Positions 54,268 to 64,000 of a stretch of 64,000 bases of DNA are shown in pieces. The position numbers were made by a program, and so were the translations under genes. Source of the DNA: Octopus vulgaris (Eukaryota); contig OX597819.1 of the NCBI GenBank assembly GCA_951406725.2, positions 118,296,001 to 118,360,000 on the forward strand, in the 5' to 3' direction. Numbering within the stretch: the stretch's first letter is position 1; each line of letters opens with the position of its first letter. Under the pieces are notes generated by a model. That model made no database searches. It saw only the letters and a list, made by a program, of their open reading frames with translations, and had not been told where the DNA came from.

Positions 54268-55718
54268 ATGTCAAATAAACGTTTATAGTAGAGCAAGACG
54301 TGTTTGTTTGTGCATACATGATTTTGAGTGCAAAGATACTGCAGCCGTCTAACAAGACTATGTGTAACTTTTGAAGTGGGTTAAGTAACAAAAGTAATCT
54401 TTCGCATTTATTAATTAAGTATTAATTATTTGAAAAGTAAGGTTAAGTAGAATTACGTTCTGCCAGTGTGAACTTATACAGCTATATTAAGAAACGTTTA
54501 AAAATGAAACTTAAAATTGAAACATTATACTTGAAGTACAATTTAGGTCTTATTTTTAATATATAAAAATAAACATTATGCAGATGTATGAGTACAAATA
54601 CATTGAGATCTGCATGCATGTTATTAGGAATATAAGCATATTTAATGCTGATTAAGCGATACGTATCTTAAGGAAAACACCCCAAACTAACCTCTACTTA
54701 TGTGACTAAAATTACACGGTTACTGTTCCGAGTGTATTGAAACATCAATAATCTCGAATAGTATTGAGTTTATATGTATGCATACATACAAAAATAAGAT
54801 TTTAGTTTATAGATGCCCAAATTAGGATTAGATCAATTGTTATATATACATATATGTTAAAACCATTTCTAATATTCATGTCTGTACATCGACAAATAAA
54901 GAGGAGTCAAAACTATTGTGATATCCGGCAGGCAGCTGATGCTGGAGATATATAGTTGATATAATTTTTAGTGAATATTTTATATTTTAGAGTCTTACTA
55001 TTCCGAGTTGTACTTCATTCTAGTAAGTTTGAATAAATTTATAGGTCAACGGTTTATGGTGAGTATATTTATTGATATTGCTTGACTGATTCCATGGATA
55101 ATCATGTTAGGTAAAGATTATTGTTAATGAATGGTTCCTAGTTATATATACATATCGGCTATCCCGATATGTATGAAAATGCATACATAGATCGAAGTAA
55201 ACAATTATACACACGTTTATACATCATTACACATATAGAAACGCACGTCATGCATGCACACATACACGCATATACGCTTAAAATGGACAATTTACCAACT
55301 CCAAGAATACAATTAAGGATTTCGATAACGATAAAATCATCACTCGCGCCATCATAGAGGCCAGGCCATAAGCACTTCAAAGTACGCAATATTGCAGCTT
55401 TTTAAGATTCATGGTCCAATAGGTAATTACAGATAACATGTTAAGAGTAGCTACACAAGAAAGATTTCTGTACAATACTATTTCATTGACACAATCGTTG
55501 TTATACTTCAGCAACCAAAACGGAATCGCATGACTACTTATCATTACACCGATATTTGGAATTGATTAAAGCTCTGCAAGACAGGACATGTTATCTTCCT
55601 ACTGAAATGTTATATCGAGCATTAGTTGCACGACCAGGTGGTAAACACGATGAACATACAGGATTTACCGCAAACGAGTTCAAGCAATATTACTGCTGAG
55701 GTGTAGTAAAGAATGAAA

Positions 55719-55977
55719 TAATAAAATAAATGCGCACTTTTAAAGCCTAACCAAGCTCATGGGCCCGGTTTTTCGGTTTCAATGGCATATGTATTTCCCA
55801 GCTGGACGGGACTCCAGCCCATCGCAAGGTTACTCATTTTTGCCAGCTGAGTGAACTGGAGCAACGTGAAATGAAGTGTTTTGCTCAAGAACACAACGCG
55901 TCACCCGGTCCATGAATCGAAACCACAATTTACTATCATGATGCTGAGAGCCTAACCACTAAACCACGTGCCTCCAC
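55719..55977 (-). mobile_element. SINE family C (body 2 plus tail 2)
   Basis: Colinear with 20995-21255; imperfect TSD AGTAAAG(A/C)A(T/G)GAAA at 55705-55718 and 55978-55991. Confidence 0.9.
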
Positions 55978-57784
55978 AGTAAAGCAGGAAAGAATACCTT
56001 AAATTGATTCATTTGAAGAAATCACTCACGCGTACACACTCATGCGCACACTTTATTACTATAGTCACATTTAGTACGTGCAGTGTTAACCCCTGATAGC
56101 TAAATCAAAATAATGAACTAAATAACGATTGCTCACATATATTTTTATGTCTGTCTGTTTGTATGTATGCATATTGTATGCATGCATGTATGTGTATGCC
56201 TTTTCATTGAAACAGACGCACATAGAAGAACACATGCATTTGACAACTCATTTCCAGATGTCGAAATGGTTGAAAGTTTCTCAAGCAGCTTCTGCACAAA
56301 CACTCGATAAGATCAACCACAACATGTGTACTGCTAGTGGTAGTGGTGATGTTGCTGCAACTAACACTGATAATAATATTAGAAGAGGCTGAGATAGTAT
56401 TGGTTACGGTCGTTTTCCTTTTTATTCGTAGGTTTCATTGTTTAACATCACGTCAAATTTGATGAAGCAAACTTAAAAATACTCCTGATGTGACCACCCG
56501 GCCTGTTTACATGCAGAGAACAGAGGATCACATTATTCAGAGTGGTCTTTAATAAAAATTTTTCAATGCGATTTGAGGGATATTTCTTCGCTGTTCCCAA
56601 CGCTTCGAGTGATTACAATGAAGAATCTTCGGCATTCCGTTCAGGTGGTGATTATATAATTAAGAACTGTAGTTATGATCGTAGGTATACTTGTAGTATT
56701 AGACGTAATGGTTGCAAATATTCCTCTCATTGCGAGAGATTTTTTTGTTGTTCTTTAATTTGACCACAGTAGTGCTTCTTTCAAAACCTTTCCGTCCATA
56801 TGAACCCCGATTTTTCAAGAGCATGCTGGACTACATTTTCCCATATACTCTATCTTTACAAAAGCCGGTACCATCAGATAGAAGGAACATTTGTCTGTAA
56901 TTACTAGCAAATCGACTGGCCACGTAGACTTCCATGGAAGGGATAAGATTATGGAAGGGCTGCAGTGCATGAAACTCTCCAAAATACGAGGTGACTGAGG
57001 GCGTGCAAACGTAAGTGGAGCAGAATGCTTGATTAAAAGCTATGCTGTGCAGCATACTCCATACCCCACCTATATATAATTTTATGATTTGAAATCTCGA
57101 TTCTGGTGGAATTCACTTCCACACTTTTGAGGTCCATGTAACAAAATAAATTGTAATAGTGGAGGTCAGACAGCTGTATCTTGGTGTTTTAATATGGTAT
57201 AACTACCACTAGTGATATGGTGTGACTGGCGCCAAGTTGCTTATCTCTCTATTTGATATCGTGTTTTTTTTTATCTTTTGCTCCAAGAATGTACTGGGTA
57301 AACCAATTTTAGCCATAGATATCTCGCTATTATTTTTATCAGACACAGGACACCTCCTACGGCACTCAACAAGTGTGCCTTTATTTTATTTTTTTAATAC
57401 TTGTGAAAAAAAAAGTAGGTTACTCACGGTCAGAATTCATTTTATAAGACTGTTGGATGAAGTTGAACCCGGGATAAAGCTACAACAAAGACATGCACAA
57501 AAAAAAAAATAATCTTTTCACTTTAGCCCAAAATGTTTTGTTGGAGCCAATACGCAAATGGTCTTTTTTGTTTTTTTTAACAAAACGCTATACATATATT
57601 ACTGAAATTGAATGAACAAAGAGCTGTATTAAAAGTCCTATCAGCTTATTCTTAACTTATTTTATGAAATTATTCTGAACATATATCGCCTAAATGGAAG
57701 AGTTTTTTTTCCGATGATGGAACAGCGCTTAGATATAAAATTACCATATCGGTTAGATATTTAGGTTTGAGTCTGCAAGAAGGT

Positions 57785-58084
57785 ATGTTTTTTATGCGCC
57801 CTTTACAAGCCTAGCCAGGCTCATGGACTCGGTTTCCCGAATCCCCCCACCTAGCTGGACGGGACGCCAATACATCGCATCGTTACTCAAGAAGCAGAAA
57901 GAAAGAGTGAGAGAAAGTTGGGGCGAATGAGTACAACAGGGGTCACCACCACCTGCTGCCGAAGCCTCGTGGAGCTTTAGGTGTTTTCACTCAATAAACA
58001 CACACAACGCCCGGTCTAGGTATCGAAACGGCGATCCTCCGACCGCGATTCCGCTGCCCTAACCACTGCGCCATTGCGCCTCCA
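57785..58084 (-). mobile_element. SINE family C chimera (body 1 plus tail 2) with 11-bp TSD
   Basis: Head and body match the 26831 copy; tail matches the 20995 and 55719 copies; TSD TGCAAGAAGGT at 57774-57784 and 58085-58095. Confidence 0.9.
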
Positions 58085-58477
58085 TGCAAGAAGGTGTTAC
58101 GAATAAAAAAATACGTTATTGTTTCGCTACACACTATTCACTCGCATCAAGAAATACTTTGCTCATTTTTATATCCAAGAGCTCATGCACTTGTTAGTAT
58201 CAATGGTCCGACGGTGTACGTTTAAGCGAGAAAACACACAGCAGTTGAAACATCGGAATGTATCGAAATCCCTTTATACCGGTGAATCTCGATCACACAT
58301 CGTTTAAGTAGAAGAAGTGTTCTCTGCGGACGGAAATGAGCTGCGGTTAATATACTCATTCGAATCTGCTATGTGCAGCAAACAAAACAAGGCAGATTCA
58401 AACGTGTATATTAAAAGTACTGAAACTGAAGATACGTTATTTTTACATTCTCGCTGCTTTGAAATCATTCTAAAAAT

Positions 58478-59040
58478 TATTCTTCGTTACTCTAGGCACA
58501 AGGCCCGAAATTTGGTGGGGAGGGGGAGCAAGTCAATGATATTGACCTCAGTACTTAATTTATCGACCCCGAGTGGATTAGAGGCAAAGTCGACCTCGGC
58601 GGAATTTGAATTCAGTACGTAAAACAGATGACATACCTGTTTCTTTACTACCCACTAGGGGCTAAACACAGAGAGGACAAACGGATTAAGTCGATCATAT
58701 CGACCCCAGTGCGTAACTGGTACTTATTTAATCGACCCCGGAAGGATGAAAGGCAAAGTCGACATCGATGGAATTTGAACTCAGAACGTAGCGGCAGACG
58801 AAATACCTATTTCTTTACCACCCACAAGGGGCCAAACACAGAGAGGACTAACAAGGACAGACAGACGGATTAAGTCGATCATATTGACCCCAGTACGTAA
58901 CTGGTACTTAATCTATCGACGCCGAAAGGATGAAAGGCAAAGTCGACCTTTGAACGGAATTTGAACTCAGAACGTAACGGCAGACGAAATACGGCTACGC
59001 ATTTCGCCCGGCGTACTAACGTTTCTGCCAGCTCGCCACC
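58478..59040 (-). mobile_element. SINE family A trimer: head, A1 body, A1 body, diverged A2 body
   Basis: Junctions at 58807/58808 (reverse complement GAAATA|GGTATTTCG) and 58637/58638 (GAAACA|GGTATGTC); the last body ends in the A2 tail AAATTTCGGGCCTTGTGCCTAG. Confidence 0.88.
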
Positions 59041-59491
59041 TTCATTCGGCAAATTACTAACTCTCGGTTTAGCTATGTTAGATCTAACAAGGCTGAACGA
59101 GGAAATTACATATCATTGTGCAAGCTACCCGGCACTAAAATGTGAGGATCATTTAAACTATTCTTTCCGGAAGAAATCCAATAAGCTTGTAACACTTCCT
59201 AGATTATCATCTCCCTTACGTGACGATGCATTCCATATTTACATGATGTCATTTAATTAAAATTTTGAGAGAGTTTCGGGCTGCATATTTTCGTTATCAG
59301 AATTTGGAGCGATGGAAATAACTCTACTCGTTACGAGAGTGAAAATCTTATTTTATGTACTTTCGTCCAGTGCGTTAAATGCATTAGCACAATTTTACTA
59401 TTGTTTAGATGAAATAAGAATACTGTGTCTTTATTTTTTCCGTGATTTTCTAGTTGATAAAATTGGAGTGTTTTTACACACACACACACAC

Positions 59492-59531
<40 letters not shown>

Positions 59532-60119
59532 TCGCATAAACCCTCTCTCAAACACAATCTCTCTCTCTCTCTGTCACTCACACACACGCACTTATATATT
59601 ATTAATCTAGACAGCATTACTGCGTATGTTCGTCGAATAAGAGCATTCTTTGGTGAAGTATTAGTCATTTAAAAACTGTTACTTCACGATGTTAGGAATT
59701 TTAATTAAAATTCCAATTTCTGTTAATTGATAAAAAAAAAAATTCTTCGCTTACTGCTTTCTGTACCAAGTATGCCAGGACCCATTTAAATATTTGCATA
59801 CACTTAGATTAATTCAAATCCCTGTAGCTATCCACTTGGGTTGGCAAAAACTGTTATATACTTAAAACCGATAATACAGTAATTTGATAAACAAATGAAC
59901 CGGTCAGTCCCTTGGACATTGGTTGTCATTTAATCCCTAATCCCTGATTATGTCATGCAGGTTGCATAATAGGATTACCGTTTATTATACTACAAGCCGT
60001 AACACGATTTTACTATAAAATTACGTAAGTTACATTGTAAAGTTCTGTGCCGGCGGTTTCACTGTTAGTGCTTCTAATCATTTTAACGGTTGCAGTGGTA
60101 GAACAACTGTAGCTTACGA

Positions 60120-60722
60120 TAGAGCAGCAGCAGCAGCCAAAGCAGTAGAAGTCACTGTAGTAGCAATAGTTTGTGGTGGTGGGGGTGGGTGGGTGGTAGC
60201 AGAAGTGGTGATGCTGGTATTAGTAGTAGTAGTTGTATTAGTAGTATGATGGTAGCAATAGTGGAGGTGTTCGCCGTCGTAGTATTATGGTGGAAGCGAT
60301 ATGATGGTGGTAATAGTAGAAGCAGCAGCAGTAGTAGTAGTAGTAGTAGTAGTAGTAAACAGTTCGCTTATTGACTATTTTACTCTGTTTCTTACCGCTC
60401 GTAGACACACTGACACACTCCCTCTTCTTTCTCATTTAATCCGTTCTCTCTTTTCTCCTTCCTCCTCCCCTTCTTCTGTTCTCCTCCTCCTCCTCCTCCT
60501 CTTTCTTCTTCTTCTTCTTCTTCTTCCAGTCTCAATCTCTCTCTCTCTCTCTCTCTCTCTACATCTTTCTCAGCCATTCCTGGATTATGATGCATCACTG
60601 CTGCTTTTGTTGATGCACAACAACAACAACAACAACAAAACTATTACTGCTATAACCGGTAATACTACTAAGGCTATCACCACCACTGCCACCACACCAC
60701 CACCATCACCACTACTACTGCA

Positions 60723-60753
<31 letters not shown>

Positions 60754-60915
60754 TTGCCACCGGAACACCACCAACAATACTACTGTCACAATACTACTAC
60801 TACTACTACTACTACCTACCACCAACAACTGCAGCAGCAGCTGCTGTTGTTACTACTACTACTGCTAATAATAATAATAGCATTAACACTACTTCTGCAG
60901 TTGTTACTGCTGCTG

Positions 60916-60998
<83 letters not shown>

Positions 60999-61091
60999 TT
61001 TCCTCTACTGCAGCAGCTGCTGCTATTACTACTGATGATAATAAAACTAACATTACTACTGCAACAACTGCAGCGACTGCTACTACTACTG

Positions 61092-61123
<32 letters not shown>

Positions 61124-61140
61124 GCTGCTGCCGCTACAGT
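60120..61140. repeat. Extended trinucleotide low-complexity region (AGT/AGC, CTT/CTC, CT, CAA, TAC/CAC/CTG)
   Basis: Direct inspection; explains the 244-aa homopolymeric ORF 60301-61035. Confidence 0.9.
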
Positions 61141-61524
61141 TCTTTAATTAAACATCTGCACACTGCTGGTGCAGCAAGTATTCTCGATGCCCATACTTAT
61201 TGTATTGTTGTCAATGATGTTGGTGCTCCAGTTATTAGTGGTACTTCAGTTGTTACCGTTTAGCCCTTGGCCATAAAACTGCTTGAGCGTAATTGTTATA
61301 ACAGACATCGAAGGCATCACCTGCCTATAAATATCATTTTCTTTTTATCTATTAATGAAATCCGAGAATGCATTATTATCACATGCTCATCCTTCCCATG
61401 TCAAATAAATAAATAAATAAATATAAAGAAAGAAACGGAGAAGAAAGAGAAAACAAAGACGGTTGAATCAAATTTGTGGAATGCTGACTACCATTTCTAG
61501 AAGGTCGAAAGACAGAATAAGCCT

Positions 61525-61685
61525 TTCTGTTATAGGCTCAAAGCCTGAAATTTGCGGGTAAGGGGTAAGACGATCACATCCACCCCGATACTTGACTTGT
61601 ACTTGCTTGATCGACTCCGAAAGGATGAAAAGCAAAATCGACCACGGTGGGATTTCAAATCAGAACTTAAAGGCGGCCGAACGAG
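61525..61685 (-). mobile_element. Degenerate SINE family A (A2)
   Basis: AAGCCTGAAATTTG...ATCGACTCCGAAAGGATGAAAAGCAAAATCGACCACGG. Confidence 0.7.
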
Positions 61686-62172
61686 CGACAGAATAAAGGC
61701 TCATCCGATTTGCTTGCCATTGTTATTATGACTGTAATTGTCTGTACATATCTTAGTCGGGTTACTCTTGTTGTTTAAACTGTTCAGCAAGAGATTATCC
61801 TTGATTCAATACTGCCAGGAATTTATTTCTGCTTTCTTAACGGCATGGTATATATATGATTGTATTAAATACTTGTTTATAAGCCATTCGAAAGACAAGT
61901 GGTTGAGATCTTAGAGGGATTTGGCAGCTATTCCTAGCCAGCCAATAATCTGCGTAAATGCTTCCTCATCATTTTGATCTCCATTGTTGCCATTTTGTTC
62001 TTGTCCTTTAGGCATAGATCACATCTACTGGTCAAGACGGATTCTCATCACTATAAAATGGCCTTACAAGGATATTTTATTTAGTAGAAAGGATTATAAA
62101 TGTTAGAAATATTGAATTTCTAAATGTCTCAGAGAGACATGAGCGATGGTGGAGCGATAGAGTGGCTGTATA

Positions 62173-62444
62173 CTGTCAACTTAACGTGACAGTCCCGCAA
62201 AGGGAATCACACCACCGCTATTTAGCCCTAGGAAGCATCGACGCTTCCTGTCGGCTTTGACACATTTCCTCTGTCCTTACATTTGCGAAGGGGAGGCAAG
62301 CACCCCCACCAGCTAAGGCTAGCACCCTTCGCAAATATAAGGACACAGGAAATGTGTCAAGGCCGACAGGAAGCGTCGATGCTTCCTAGGGCTAAATAGC
62401 GGTGGTGTGATTCCCTTTACGGGTCTGTCACGTTAAGTTGACAT
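62173..62444. mobile_element. Palindromic MITE with 120-bp arms and TA target duplication
   Basis: Arms 62173-62292 and 62325-62444 are reverse complements with about 6 mismatches; 32-bp spacer; TA at 62171-62172 and 62445-62446 (Tc1/mariner superfamily signature). Confidence 0.92.
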
Positions 62445-62459
62445 TATAAATGTTGCTGA

Positions 62460-62897
62460 TGCGGTAAAATGGCAAAATGATTACAGCAACGGACGAAAGT
62501 CTTAGTGGTATTTATTCCGGTTTTAAGTTCTGTGCTCAATTCTGCAAAGGTCGATTTCGCTTTTCATCCTTTCGGGGCCAATAAAATATATGTCCGTAGA
62601 CTGATATCCTTCCACACGTTTTTCTGGCGTTGACTTGACTAATATCCTTCCCTAAGTTTTTCTGGCCTCGTGCCAATAGTACAAAGGATAATTAAGGATG
62701 ATGAGGGCACTGGCCGAAATTCTTAGCGGCATTTCTTCCGGCTTTACGTCCTGAGTATAGTTTCTGTCGTGGTTGTCTTTGACTTACATATTTTAGGGAT
62801 CGATGAAATATGTACCAGTAGAACCCCGAGGTTGATATAATAGACTAGCCTCGCTTTCTTCAATGCCTCGCACCCTGTGCATATGACAAAGGATTAT
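62460..62897 (+). mobile_element. Two degenerate tandem SINE family A (A2) copies
   Basis: TGGCAAAATGATTA...TTTTCATCCTTTCGGGG...TGGCCTCGTGCC and GCCGAAATTCTTAGCGGCATTTC...TACCAG; ~38-bp duplication in the first tail. Confidence 0.65.
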
Positions 62898-63534
62898 CGT
62901 GCTACAGAATATTTTCCGTTTCCTAATGTGAGGCCCAGTTAATAGAATTTATTGCATCTGTTTCTTGAATAAGTTTCTCTTCATTACTCATTATTCATTT
63001 CTATTCATTATTCAGTATAAACGGTGTCGCTACCTACCACAGAACCACAAGAGTAGGTCTAAAATATGACTTCTCAATTCTTTCAGTATTTCATAGCATT
63101 ATTTTAGGTTTTGCTTAGAGATTTACTCTCCACTACATTCTATATTTAATTAATATTGATATATTTGAATTCACGGTTGACCAAGTTCTGTCAATTTTGT
63201 AAAAATTTAAAGTCGTTAGTCAGGATTCGTAGCCAAGGCGTCGCTTGCAAAGGGGTGTGACTTAGTATCAATCACAATGTCCTTGCTAATTTTTGAGGTG
63301 CTTGTTAGTAGGGAACAGATGTCAATATGACTTGGTATCAAGCACCACGCTGTTGTTAACTTTTCAGGTGCATATATAGACATTCTCTAACCACATTAAA
63401 CTGTGACCAGCGGTATACTAAAGATGGGACAACTGGAGGGGGAGCGGAATATGAACCAGCGCTTGTTTGGCATTAATTTCCCATTGTGTACATCAAGTAA
63501 CGTGAAATGTGTACCTTACTTAGAGACACGTGAT

Positions 63535-63600
63535 GTCGTGCATAGGAATCGAACCTATGGCATTTTGACCGCGAGCCCATCATCGGAACCACTAGGCATC
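63535..63600 (-). repeat. tRNA-like (SINE head) remnant
   Basis: Reverse complement TGCCTAGTGGTT...GGTTCGATTCC (A- and B-box) without a full cloverleaf. Confidence 0.45.
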
Positions 63601-64000
63601 GTCCCTTCGATGCATATAATGAAGAATAATGAAATATTAATTCGTGACCAACTGCATGAAATGGATCTGACACAAATAGTTTTTCATTCGGTAGGCGTCC
63701 CTGAATACTCTTTTCTCAGCTGTCCAATTTGGATAATATAGATTATCCAAATTCTTTCGAACGGCGAATCTAAATGGAATTATCTCACTTCATTTTGTAT
63801 TTTCGCTTTAAAGCAAGCGCAGGAAGGGTTTTTGTCTTGTAACTTCTGGGATAATCTCATTGGTCAACGGATTCCATGTCACGAGAATATTTGTCAAACC
63901 CTACGTACTGTATTTCTGTGAAATAGTTTGTAGGCTGACAGAGGGATATATTATGTCTTTCTTTATCGACATTTGCCATATTTGGATTATTGCATTGAGG

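Noticed and set aside
56760-57060. Possible second LINE zinc-knuckle remnant (HAL motif, minus strand)
   Set aside because: The cysteines are missing and similarity is too weak to support by eye
60301-61035. 244-aa ORF, the longest in the track
   Set aside because: Homopolymeric V/L/T/Y runs from trinucleotide microsatellites; no domain

Overview
AT-rich, repeat-dense metazoan non-coding DNA (intergenic or deep intronic). The repeat families look like those of octopus (coleoid cephalopod) genomes, an inference from recalled sequences, not a database hit. No intact host protein-coding gene is visible, and almost all ORFs in the track are microsatellite or SINE artefacts. Content: (i) at least four tRNA-derived SINE types, namely a Meta/MESC-like family A with monomers and head-less 184-bp multimers, a CORE-like family B with a built-in microsatellite, a modular family C with swapped bodies and tails, and a hammerhead-bearing type; (ii) a decayed Tc1 (DD34E) transposase, an L1/Tx1-like ORF2 3' remnant and a possible Gypsy protease remnant at 13.4-15.4 kb; (iii) several MITE or foldback inverted repeats; (iv) many microsatellites. 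The most striking item is 52030-52565. Here a tRNA-headed SINE-like unit carries a minimal type-I hammerhead ribozyme of the Penelope-like-element kind. It occurs as a head-to-head inverted pair bracketed by one 11-bp direct repeat, suggesting a Pol III SINE mobilised by Penelope-like machinery. Second, family A shows an apparent NNTAT target preference and self-insertion at a fixed site in its anticodon-like arm.
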